Source: Acidobacteriota bacterium
Lineage (GTDB): Bacteria; Acidobacteriota; UBA6911; JACQTF01
NCBI GenBank assembly: GCA_016210925.1
Contig: JACQTF010000082.1
Coordinates: 10,002 to 34,001 of the forward strand
Direction: 5' to 3'
DNA length: 24,000 nt
The position numbers were made by a program, and so were the translations under genes. Positions 7,571 through 15,869 of this stretch are shown here, piece after piece. How positions within the stretch are numbered: the first letter of the stretch is position 1; each line of letters opens with the position of its first letter. Below the pieces are notes generated by a model. It was not told the DNA's origin. It did no database searches and saw only the letters and a list, made by a program, of their open reading frames with translations.

Positions 7571-8482
7571 ATGACTTGGGTGGGTCGCTTGGAACGTGTC
7601 TTGTATTTTCGCCTCTTTGACATCGGTGGTCAGGCCATTACCCCGGTCCAGCTGTTGATCTTGGGCCTGGCCCTGGTGGTCACCCTGTACCTGGCGCGGT
7701 GGGTGGGGCGGCTGTCGGAGCAGCGATTGCTGCGCCAGATCGATGTCGGTCCTCGATACACCATCGTCCGATTGACCCAGTACGCCATCTGGGCCATGGG
7801 GATCCTGGTGGCGTTGAAACTGCTCAACATCGACCTGACGGCGCTTGCGGTGGTGGCCGGCGCCTTGGGCGTGGGCATCGGCTTTGGCTTGCAAAACGTG
7901 GTGGCCAATTTCGTCGCGGGTCTCGTTCTGCTTTTTGAGCGGCCCATCAAGGTGAACGATCGGGTGACCATTGAGAATGTGGAGGGGAATGTGGTGGCCA
8001 TCAACTTTCGCTCCACCACCATTGAGACCAACGATAATATCGCCATCATCGTGCCCAACTCGGATTTCATCAATCGCACGGTGATCAACTGGTCGCACGG
8101 AAAGCCCTGGGTGCGGATCCGGGTGCCGGTGGGAGTGGCTTACGGGACCGATGTCCAACTGGTGACGCGCACGCTGCTGGAAGTGGGTGCCGAGACCGAG
8201 GGCGTGATGAAGGAGCCTGCTCCCAAAGTACGATTCAAAGAGTTCGGCGACTCATCGCTCCAATTCGAGCTGCTCGTGTGGACGGATGAGCTGGCACGCC
8301 ACCAGCGGCTGCGGAGCCGCCTCAACTATGCCATTGAAGCCAGCTTCCGGCGCACGGGGATCCAGATCCCGTTTCCGCAGCGGGATCTGCACATCAAATC
8401 GGCCGACGGATTGGCTGGGGCGCTCTCGCACGTCTCAGTGTCGCCAACAGCGCCTCCAGGCAGTGGAAAGGCGACGAGCTGA
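7571..8482 (+). CDS. Small-conductance mechanosensitive channel (MscS family)
   Basis: The MS_channel core is GIGFGLQNVVANFVAGLVLLFERPIKVNDRVTIENVEGNVVAINFRSTTIETNDNIAIIVPNSDFINRTVINW, followed by a C-terminal alpha/beta domain. I chose ATG 7571 (GAGGAG/GAGGGA upstream) because the track start at 7394 adds non-membrane junk. Confidence 0.9.
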   Translation: MTWVGRLERVLYFRLFDIGGQAITPVQLLILGLALVVTLYLARWVGRLSEQRLLRQIDVGPRYTIVRLTQYAIWAMGILVALKLLNIDLTALAVVAGALGVGIGFGLQNVVANFVAGLVLLFERPIKVNDRVTIENVEGNVVAINFRSTTIETNDNIAIIVPNSDFINRTVINWSHGKPWVRIRVPVGVAYGTDVQLVTRTLLEVGAETEGVMKEPAPKVRFKEFGDSSLQFELLVWTDELARHQRLRSRLNYAIEASFRRTGIQIPFPQRDLHIKSADGLAGALSHVSVSPTAPPGSGKATS

Positions 8483-8571
8483 GTTGCTACGAAAATACAC
8501 GCAGCCCCTTGGGGCACGCTCCCGACGAGTTACTCAGGACAAGGCGACCCCCGGAGGTTGAAGGGTGGGCC

Positions 8572-9158
8572 ATGAAGAGCCCTGCTTGGAAGGTGGTCGA
8601 CTGGCTTCAGGGGCAATCCCAAGTGCTCTTGATCGCACTTGGATTCGTCCAGGTGGCAACTATCGGGGTAGTTGACTACTTCACGGGCGCGGAGATTGTT
8701 CTCTCGGTTTTTTATTTAGTCCCCGTTTCTTTGGTCGTCTGGTTTACAGGGAGCTGGCCCGGCGCCGTGATGTCTGCCGCCAGTTGTGCAGCCTGGTTCC
8801 TGGCCGATTCGGTGGGGGGAGCAAGGTTTTCATCAGCTTTTGTTCCTTACTGGAATGCTGGCGTGAGACTGGGGTTTTTCTTGATTGTGACGGTGATGAA
8901 TTCGCTATCCTGCTGCCGGAGATGGGACCTGAGACGGCCCGGCTGGCGATTGACAAGGTTCAGAGGAACCTTTTAGAGGTGATGGAAAAGAACGAATGGC
9001 CCGTCACCTTCAGCATTGGCGTTGTCACGTTCACTGTGCCGCCAGGTTCCGTGGATGAAATGATCCAACGGGCAGATGCTGCGATGTATGGTGCAAAGAA
9101 CCGGGGCAAAAACGGGATTCGGCAGGTGGTGTGGGAGGGATTGCGGCCCACCGCATGA
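8572..9158 (+). pseudogene. Membrane-anchored diguanylate cyclase (GGDEF) gene disrupted by an internal frame-shifting deletion
   Basis: Frame 1 (8572..~8890) encodes a membrane sensor-type N-terminus: VDYFTGAEIVLSVFYLVPVSLVVWFTGSWPGAVMSAASCAAWFLAD. Frame 3 from ~8889 encodes only the distal half of a GGDEF domain: DGDEFAILLPEMGPETARLAIDKV...TFSIGVV...ADAAMYGAKNRGKNGI. The linker and the proximal half of the domain are absent. The junction is near 8888-8892. Confidence 0.7.
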
Positions 9159-9213
9159 AGGGTCATCGCGCTTGGCACAAGGACCCGTGGTTCGGCCCGG
9201 GTCGGGGCCACGG

Positions 9214-9897
9214 CTACGGTTTTCCAAATCGCGGATCACGCCAGGCATAGTCCTCGGGTTTTGCCACCGCCTCGTTGATCCATTCGATCACTGCCGCAAA
9301 CCCCAGGCTTTCCAGGTCGTGGCGCAGGTAGTCGGGCACCACGGCCAGGACACGGAAGCCGCGCTTGAGCTGGAAAGACAGGGTGGGATCGGAGAGTTCC
9401 TCGTTGACGACCTTGATCACGTAGTCTTCGGCGCTCATCTGGTGGACGTATCGATGATAGCCTCGCAGCCGCGCCCCTGAGCGGATTCGCAGCAGTCCCA
9501 GGCGCTCCGCCAGGCCTCGCCGGGCTTCGTACAGCTTTGTGCCGATGCCTCTCTGCTGTCGCGACGGCGGTACCATCACATCGGCTCCATAGAGCGTGCG
9601 CCCCCGCTCTGGGTCATGGTTAGTGAACATGCCGTGGTCCGTGAAGTCGCGCCAGCTTGCCTTCAGGTCGTAGTCATCCCACAGGACCATCAGGCTGGCC
9701 GCCATTCCCACAACCCGCTGCGAGACCGACTCCACGGCGACGAACTGTCCTTCCGGAAACACCCTCAAGTGAGAAGCCAGCTGTTCTGCGGTCCAGGGAC
9801 GGGCCATGGGATAGATCTGGCGGCTCATGTCGATGATGGCGGAAAAATCCTCTGGCCGAGTGTTGCGAGCCGCGATTTTGGAACGGGCTCCGGTCAT
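9214..9897 (-). CDS. GNAT-family N-acetyltransferase
   Basis: The acetyl-CoA binding motif is PPSRQQRGIGTKLYEA (Q/RxxGxG/A type) within a GNAT-length fold. The ATG overlaps the stop of the upstream hydrolase gene (ATGA at 9894-9897). Confidence 0.85.
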   Translation of the reverse strand: MTGARSKIAARNTRPEDFSAIIDMSRQIYPMARPWTAEQLASHLRVFPEGQFVAVESVSQRVVGMAASLMVLWDDYDLKASWRDFTDHGMFTNHDPERGRTLYGADVMVPPSRQQRGIGTKLYEARRGLAERLGLLRIRSGARLRGYHRYVHQMSAEDYVIKVVNEELSDPTLSFQLKRGFRVLAVVPDYLRHDLESLGFAAVIEWINEAVAKPEDYAWRDPRFGKP

Positions 9898-10781
9898 ACG
9901 GGAACCACCTCCAGCCGGGACACGATCTCGGCGGTGCGGCGGCTCTCCAGCAAGGGCAGCACGGTGCCTGAGGAGCGGCTCTCCGCGATCGTTTTCAAGT
10001 TGAGTTCGCCGATGACCATCATTTCCTGGTTGGGGTTTCCCTCGGCGAGGATGCCGTCACGCGAGAAAGCGAAATCGCTGGGTGTGACAATGGAAGCCTG
10101 GCCGTAGTTCAAAGAGACGGCCGGCACCATGGGCAGGGATCCCACGGTGGTGGAGTGGATCACGTACATCTGATTTTCGATCGCCCGGGAATGGGCACAG
10201 TAACGAACCCGCAGGAAGCTTTGGCGGTCGTCGGTGCAGCTGGGCACGGCCAGGATGTGGGCGCCCTCCCGCGCTCCGGCCCGGGCAATTTCCGGGAATT
10301 CCACGTCATAACAGATGGCGATCGCCACCTTTCCGAAGTCGGTCTCAAAAACCCGCAGGACGGAGCGCGGCGAGACTTTCCACTCCTCGGTCTCAAAGCG
10401 GGTCATGTGCAGCTTGCCCTGGATGCCGACGTTGCCCGAGGGACCGAAGAAGAAAGAGTCGTTGTAGATCAAGTCCGCGCCGTCGTCCATGACCGGAATG
10501 GTGCCAGCCACGATATAGAGGCGATTCTTTCTGGCCAATTCCCGCATCAGCTCCAGGAAGCGCGGCACCTGTTTGGCCAGATCCCGGATCTGCTCGTTGA
10601 TCGGCCTCTTGACGTTCCCCAGGGTCAACAGCTGGACTGTGAAGTACTCCGGGAACACCAGCAAGTGACACTTGTAGTCCGCCGCCGTGTCGACCAGCGC
10701 TTCCACCTGATCGCGGAACTGATCGAACGTCTGCACCGGCCGGATGAAGTACTGCAGCGAGGCAACACGAATGCGCTCCAT
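9894..10781 (-). CDS. Carbon-nitrogen hydrolase (nitrilase superfamily) protein
   Basis: The Glu-Lys-Cys triad contexts are LLVFPEYF, GKLHMTRFE and VAIAICYDVEFPE. The length of 295 aa fits the family. It is translationally coupled to the GNAT gene. Confidence 0.9.
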   Translation of the reverse strand: MERIRVASLQYFIRPVQTFDQFRDQVEALVDTAADYKCHLLVFPEYFTVQLLTLGNVKRPINEQIRDLAKQVPRFLELMRELARKNRLYIVAGTIPVMDDGADLIYNDSFFFGPSGNVGIQGKLHMTRFETEEWKVSPRSVLRVFETDFGKVAIAICYDVEFPEIARAGAREGAHILAVPSCTDDRQSFLRVRYCAHSRAIENQMYVIHSTTVGSLPMVPAVSLNYGQASIVTPSDFAFSRDGILAEGNPNQEMMVIGELNLKTIAESRSSGTVLPLLESRRTAEIVSRLEVVPV

Positions 10782-11078
10782 GACCTCCCCCTTGCTCGCT
10801 GAATGGTTTGTGTTCGTAACAGGGCCTAAGGTGAAATAATATGGCGAAGGCTGAGTCTTTCCGTTTCGAGCGAGTGTTGGAAGGGTTTGGCTTCGTTCGC
10901 CAGGCCCACTTGCTGTTCCATTCGTTCCGTTCAGAGTCCTTACGGTACCTCAGAGATCTTCCAAAGTCCAGGCCTTGGCTGCCCGGGTCTGCCCGGGTGG
11001 CGTCAAGCTGGAGCCTGTTGCCCAAGTGCCCTTCTGACGTGGGTCGCCCCGGGCGCGGGACCCAGCCGGGCACCAGGT

Positions 11079-11102
11079 TCCCGTTGGGGCGGCCCAACGG
11101 GA
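11079..11102. terminator. GC-rich hairpin just downstream of the small minus-strand ORF
   Basis: CCCGTTGGG-GCGG-CCCAACGGG forms a perfect 9-bp stem, or 10 bp with the flanking T/A pair. It lies 12 nt 3' of the stop at 11114-11116 on the minus strand. A T-rich run (tctttctt) follows only on the plus strand. Confidence 0.3.
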
Positions 11103-11113
11103 TCACCTCTTTC

Positions 11114-11254
11114 TTAGAAGTTGAAATTGGTGCGCAAAGTAGGAATCCACTGCAAGAGGGGCAACCGTTCCTGCGCCGGACGGTCTCGTGCTGTGAGTTT
11201 TCCGCAGGCGAACAACAGGGTGACGGCCACCCTCAGGAGCCTCTTTTGCTTCAT
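11114..11254 (-). CDS. Possible 46-aa lipoprotein
   Basis: ATG at 11254 is preceded by GAGGAGGAAGCC. The product is MKQKRLLRVAVTLLFACGKLTARDRPAQERLPLLQWIPTLRTNFNF, with a basic n-region, a hydrophobic core and a lipobox-like LFAC. A hairpin follows the stop. Confidence 0.35.
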   Translation of the reverse strand: MKQKRLLRVAVTLLFACGKLTARDRPAQERLPLLQWIPTLRTNFNF

Positions 11255-11372
11255 GGCTTCCTCCTCTCCGTTTCGCCTTCGGCCTCGACTCGTCCCCGGG
11301 CGGTTTGGACCCGCCTTTGGGCCGCGTGCGCTCGGACGGAGGGCGGACGTTGCTTGCAGCACCCCCAATGAG

Positions 11373-11400
11373 GGCCTTAGAATGTGTCAAGGCCTTAGAA
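11373..11400 (+). promoter_or_regulatory. Direct repeat GGCCTTAGAA-N8-GGCCTTAGAA upstream of the permease gene
   Basis: Exact 10-nt copies lie at 11373-11382 and 11391-11400, 56-83 nt upstream of ATG 11456, in a locally AT-richer stretch. It is a candidate operator or promoter element. Confidence 0.25.
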
Positions 11401-11455
11401 GTCAGGACGGAGTGAAAGCTTAGCATCTAACCCGGAGGGCAGCGGAACTCTTTTC

Positions 11456-13750
11456 ATGAAAAAGTTCGAGACGGAAGTTCGTTTAAGCCGTGAGATGACC
11501 TTGATGGACGTGACGCTCATTGGCGTCGGTGCCATGATCGGGGCCGGCATTTTCGTCCTGACAGGCATCGCCGCCGGCGTGGCCGGTCCGGCCCTCATCC
11601 TGGCGTTTGCACTCAATGGATTCGTTACTCTCTTCACCGCCATGGCCTACGCCGAGTTGGGGTCCTGCTTCCACGACGCCGGCGGCGGCTATCTGTGGGT
11701 GAAAGAAGGGCTGCCCAAGTGGAACGGATTTCTGGCGGGCTGGATGAGCTGGTTCGCCCACGCCGTGGCGTGCAGTCTGTATGCGCTGGGGTTCGGGGCC
11801 TACTTTGGTCATGTGCTCCAGGAGCTGGGAATCTCGGTGCCTCAGTGGGGATTTCTGTCGCCCCAGAAGATTCTGGCGGCGGCCGTCGCCGTGATCTTTG
11901 CCTATGTCAACTTCAGGGGAGCCTCCGAGACCGGTAAAGTGGGCAACCTGGTGACCGTGGCCAAGATTGTGATCCTGGCCATTTTTATCGGTTTCGGCCT
12001 GGAATTACTGTTCGGTCGAGGGGACTGGAAACAAGCGTTTACCCCCTTCATGCCCAACGGTTGGGGCGGTGTCTTCAGCGCCATGGGGCTGACCTTCATC
12101 GCCTTCGAGGGATACGAGATCATCTCCCAATGCTCCGAGGAAGTCAGGGACCCGAAGAGGAACATCCCCAGGGCGGTCTTTCTCTCCATCCTGATCGTCA
12201 TTCCCATCTATCTTCTGGTGGTGGTCACCGCCCTGGGGGCGGTCCAGCCGGAAAACACGACCCCCTGGGATTACCTGGCCTTGCACAAGGAGCTGGCCCT
12301 GGTGCGGGTGGCCGAAACTTTCTTCGTGGGCGGGGGCCTGATGATCCTGGTGGGCGGCCTGGTCTCCACCATGTCGGCCTTGAATGCCACCATCTATTCT
12401 TCCTCCAGGGTGGCCTTTGCCATGGGGCGAGATCGGAACTTCCCCACCCTCTTCAGCCGGGTCCACCGCAAACAATTTACGCCTCACTGGGCCATCTTGG
12501 TCTCACTGGCGATCATCCTGTTGATGGCCTTCTCTCTGCCCATCGAGGACGTGGCCAGCGCCGCCGACATCATGTTCTTGCTTCTGTTTCTGCAAGTCAA
12601 CGCCGCCTTGATTCCTCTTCGGAAGAAGAGACTGGACCTGGACCGGGGATTTGTGACGCCCTGGTTGCCGTGGATCCCCATCGTGGGGATCGCCACCCAG
12701 TTGGCGCTGGCCCTTTACATGTTCAAGTACAGCCCGACGGCGTGGGTGGTCACCGCGGGATGGATCGCCCTGGGGCTGGTGATCTACAAGCAATACGCTT
12801 CGGGCAGAGAAATCGAACACGCGCGAAAGGTGAGGGCGCTGGAGCGCCTCGAGGAACGCCAGTATCGGATCCTGGTCTGCGCCTCGAAACCTGGGACGAT
12901 GCGAAGTCTGACCAGCGTCGCCATGGCGGTGGCGAAAAAGTTCCGGGGAGAGATCATCTTCTTGCATGTCATCGAGGTCAAGGAGGGCCAGCCGCTCATG
13001 GCCGGTCTCACTGAGACGACCCGCGTCCAACCCCTTTTCGAGGAAGCCCAGTCCCTGGTGGAGGAATCGGGGATATCCTCTCGCTCTCTTCTCAAGGTGT
13101 CCCATCGCATCTCCCAGGGCATCGTGGAGACCGCCCGCGAAGAAGAGTGCAACTTCCTCATCATGGGGAGGCAGAAGCATCCCTCGTTTCTGGAGAGATT
13201 TTTTTCCTCCGTGATCGACAGCGTGATTCAGAGATCTCCCTGCGAGGTGGCGGTCCTGCACGGCGACCTGTTGCGCGACGGCGTCCGCCAGATCTTCATT
13301 CCCTTTGGCGAGAACATCCACACGCGCCTGGCCCTGGAGATGGCGCCGACCTTGGTCGCCTACTTCCAGTGCCGGCTCAGGGTGGCCATGGTCCTGGATC
13401 CCGATCTGTCCCCTGCCCACAAGGAGCGAATGCGGGCGGGCGTCAAAGCACTCCTGGAGAAGAACGCCGTCCCTGCCCAACTGGAGGTCGTGGAAGACAC
13501 CGACGTGCTGCGGGCCGTGGTGCAGCGGTCGAGGGACGCCGATTTGATTCTCATGGGTGGACGATCGGGCGATTTTCTGGAGCTGTTCCTGGGATCCTCC
13601 TTGACCCAGGAGATCACGGAGCGGACAGCGAGTCCCGTATTGTGGCTCCGAGAGTACCAGGAACGAGGATCTTTTTGGGCTTCTCTTTTGAGGGCGCCCA
13701 GGCAGGAGGAAAACCAACATGGACAGCGCGATGAAGGAAGTGTTGATTAA
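11456..13750 (+). CDS. APC-superfamily amino acid permease fused to two C-terminal universal stress protein (Usp) domains
   Basis: The N-terminus LMDVTLIGVGAMIGAGIFVLTGIAAGVAGPALILAFALNG is typical of APC permeases, and about 12 TM segments follow. Two Usp-like units come next: YRILVCASKP...NFLIMGRQKH...SPCEVAVLHG and RQIFIPFGEN...ADLILMGGRSG...ASPVLWL. Confidence 0.92.
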   Translation: MKKFETEVRLSREMTLMDVTLIGVGAMIGAGIFVLTGIAAGVAGPALILAFALNGFVTLFTAMAYAELGSCFHDAGGGYLWVKEGLPKWNGFLAGWMSWFAHAVACSLYALGFGAYFGHVLQELGISVPQWGFLSPQKILAAAVAVIFAYVNFRGASETGKVGNLVTVAKIVILAIFIGFGLELLFGRGDWKQAFTPFMPNGWGGVFSAMGLTFIAFEGYEIISQCSEEVRDPKRNIPRAVFLSILIVIPIYLLVVVTALGAVQPENTTPWDYLALHKELALVRVAETFFVGGGLMILVGGLVSTMSALNATIYSSSRVAFAMGRDRNFPTLFSRVHRKQFTPHWAILVSLAIILLMAFSLPIEDVASAADIMFLLLFLQVNAALIPLRKKRLDLDRGFVTPWLPWIPIVGIATQLALALYMFKYSPTAWVVTAGWIALGLVIYKQYASGREIEHARKVRALERLEERQYRILVCASKPGTMRSLTSVAMAVAKKFRGEIIFLHVIEVKEGQPLMAGLTETTRVQPLFEEAQSLVEESGISSRSLLKVSHRISQGIVETAREEECNFLIMGRQKHPSFLERFFSSVIDSVIQRSPCEVAVLHGDLLRDGVRQIFIPFGENIHTRLALEMAPTLVAYFQCRLRVAMVLDPDLSPAHKERMRAGVKALLEKNAVPAQLEVVEDTDVLRAVVQRSRDADLILMGGRSGDFLELFLGSSLTQEITERTASPVLWLREYQERGSFWASLLRAPRQEENQHGQRDEGSVD

Positions 13751-14375
13751 TGTGACCAGAGCCCTGGTGGGCTATTTGCCCAATCTGTTCGTGGGCCTGG
13801 TGTTGATTGCCATCGGCTGGCTGATGGCATGGGTGGTGAAACGGGTCGTGGTCCAACTGTCCAGAATTCTGAGGGTGGACCGTTTTTTCAGGAGATTTGG
13901 CTGGCGGGAGGGCCTAGCCAAGGCCGATGTTCGGTACGCGCTTTACAATTTCTTCGGAAGCATTGCGTTCGTGGTGGTGTTCGCGATCTTTCTCATCGAT
14001 GCCCTTCGGGCCATGAAACTCGCCATGGTCTCCAGCCTCTTGGAAAAGGGCGTCTTCTTCCTGCCCAGTTTGATCGCATCGCTGATCATCTTTGGAGTGG
14101 GATGGCTCATCTCGTGGCGCGCCGCCCTGGCCATGCAACGGATTCTCATGAGGGAGGAGATCCCGCGGCCCACCTTGATCGCGCGTTTCATCCAGGTGTT
14201 GTTGCTGCTCTTTTTCTCCGCCATGGCCCTGGTGGAGCTCTCCATCGCTCGGGAGATCGTGATCATCGGGTTTACCACCGCCTTCCTGACCATCGGGGTG
14301 CTGACCATTGTGTTGACTGCCCGAGGAGGCAAGGCGTTCGTCGCTGCTCTCTCCAGGTCCCGGGAGGAGGAATAG
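13719..14375 (+). CDS. Small membrane protein with repeated conserved TM-helix motif (MscS-N-terminal-like TM_helix repeat protein)
   Basis: AGGAGGA lies 9 nt before ATG 13719. The gene overlaps the permease 3' end by 32 nt. An internal repeat is visible: YLPNLFVGLVLIAIGWLMAWVVKRVV vs FLPSLIASLIIFGVGWLISWRAALAM. It is a paralogue of 20992..21696. Confidence 0.75.
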   Translation: MDSAMKEVLINVTRALVGYLPNLFVGLVLIAIGWLMAWVVKRVVVQLSRILRVDRFFRRFGWREGLAKADVRYALYNFFGSIAFVVVFAIFLIDALRAMKLAMVSSLLEKGVFFLPSLIASLIIFGVGWLISWRAALAMQRILMREEIPRPTLIARFIQVLLLLFFSAMALVELSIAREIVIIGFTTAFLTIGVLTIVLTARGGKAFVAALSRSREEE

Positions 14376-15028
14376 ACCCGCCGATCCTCCTCAGGTGACG
14401 GGAGCGCGGCCGGGCCGCCGTGGGGACGGGTCTGTGTGTGGGAGGCTTGCCGGCGCTGCCAGTGGCTCCGGCCACTCGCCCAGCGACGGGACCTTTCCTT
14501 GCGTGACCAGACGCCCGCCGCTGGCGGTTCATTGTCCTTGCTGCTCCATCGGTTCCTCCCAACGCCGGCTTGTCGCCGATAGCCGACATCCCTGGTGGAA
14601 TTTCTGCTTGGCAGTGTCATGGACCGCCCCGAGGTGGTGGCTTTCTGACGGGTCTGTTGCGGCACCTGGCGGCCCTGGCGATCGCCTGGGATGGCCTGGC
14701 GCGCCAGCGCGGAGGCATCGCCCTCCTGCCTGGTTGGGGTCCTGGACAACTGTTGGGGTGCGCGACAAATTTGTGCGTAGGTCCCGACCTGCAGATCGCA
14801 ACTGAGCGGCATGGAGCCCAAGCTTGGCAAAGGAGGCTCATCGTCAAGGCGAAGGCTGGCAGTGACCGAACACTCAAGGAGCACAAAAGCAGCTTGCGGT
14901 GACAGGCGCTGTCGGATAAAATCCAATCATCCTCTAAATGCAGGTGGCAGCTGATTCCGGTTTCGAGAATTCTCTGGTTCACTTTCTTCGCGCAATTGAG
15001 ATAGAGGCGCTGCAATGCCACCGGACGG

Positions 15029-15865
15029 GTGGCTCGTCAAATGAGCGAACTGGGAACTGACAGCGTGAGCTCGTCGCTGAGAAATGCCATGGAGGAAGTC
15101 AGGCGACTGAGATCTCTTGTGAACCGCACGCTGCCGTTGCTGGACGCAGCGCGTCGCGGGCGACTTCTGGAAGCGGCCTCCCTGATCCGAAAGAATCCCA
15201 GGGTGCTTCAAGAGATGCACCAAGGGCTTAAGCGCTTGGTGGACGCCCGGAGCATGCCGCGCGCAGAGCAGGACATCAAGGAAGCCATCGCGGAGGCCAA
15301 GCTCAAATACAAGGATGCTCTCGAGAGAGCTTTCGCGAAGGCCGGGATCTCCTTTACCGGCGTCTGGCCTACTTATTTGCTTTGGGATGCCTTGGAGCTG
15401 CAGGTTGATCTGGACAGAGAGCGAGTTCGGATCGTCACGGGACGGTTGCCCTCCCTCGACATCCCGCAGATCGTCAGGACAAGCCGTCGACTCCTGGAGG
15501 AGTTGCTGGCCCGGCCTTTTGATCCAGCGGCGTTTGCAACGATCCTGGCGGGGGCCTACAGGAGGGCTCTGGACGCCCAGGGAGGCGACTGGGGCGACTA
15601 TGTGGAGATCCGGAAGCTTTTTCAAAAGCTGGCCCAACGGTGCGGGCCCAGCTACACGATCCGCTACTTCGCCATCGATCTGTTCCGTCTCTTCCGAGCC
15701 TCGTGTGCAGAAAGCGTGCCCGTGGTGGTGGAGCTAAGACCGGCAGGCGCCCCTGCTTCGGGGATCTTCGTGGCGACATCGTGCGGCGGCTACATCGGCG
15801 GCGTTGCAATTCGCCCGTTGACAACCATGGTGCAGTTGGGGGTTCCAGCCCCGAACGGCGTCTGA
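15029..15865 (+). CDS. Hypothetical protein (helical N-terminal half, unrecognised C-terminal domain)
   Basis: This is the only protein-like ORF in this region. The start is GTG 15029 or ATG 15041. Composition is balanced (e.g. YVEIRKLFQKLAQRCGPSYTIRYFAIDLFRLF). I recognise no motif. Confidence 0.55.
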   Translation: MARQMSELGTDSVSSSLRNAMEEVRRLRSLVNRTLPLLDAARRGRLLEAASLIRKNPRVLQEMHQGLKRLVDARSMPRAEQDIKEAIAEAKLKYKDALERAFAKAGISFTGVWPTYLLWDALELQVDLDRERVRIVTGRLPSLDIPQIVRTSRRLLEELLARPFDPAAFATILAGAYRRALDAQGGDWGDYVEIRKLFQKLAQRCGPSYTIRYFAIDLFRLFRASCAESVPVVVELRPAGAPASGIFVATSCGGYIGGVAIRPLTTMVQLGVPAPNGV

Positions 15866-15869
15866 GGCG

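Noticed and set aside
9186-9214. Possible bidirectional terminator hairpin (CCGTGG...CCACGG) between the GGDEF pseudogene and the convergent GNAT gene
   Set aside because: Only the outer 6 bp pair cleanly. The inner pairing needs mismatches and wobbles, and there is no U-tract.
10393-11371. ORFs 10393..11106 (-), 10841..11371 (+) and 10887..11117 (+) in the hydrolase-permease intergenic region
   Set aside because: They have Arg/Pro/Gly-rich products, no SD and mutual overlap. Only the short lipoprotein-like ORF with a strong SD was retained, at low confidence.
12503-13720. 405-aa minus-strand ORF, plus the other ORFs overlapping the permease-Usp gene (12061..13014, 12005..12487, 13147..13734)
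   Set aside because: All overlap a continuous 764-aa gene with clear APC and Usp features, and their products look like frame-shifted junk.
13943-14926. 327-aa minus-strand ORF spanning the TM-helix gene and the following gap
   Set aside because: It is Arg/Ser/Pro-rich with no SD and no motif. Its 3' half is antisense to a supported gene.
14376-15028. Several 90-136-aa ORFs in the 650-nt gap after the first TM-helix gene
   Set aside because: None has an SD, balanced composition or similarity to anything else in the window. I report the region only as an unexplained non-coding or decayed gap.
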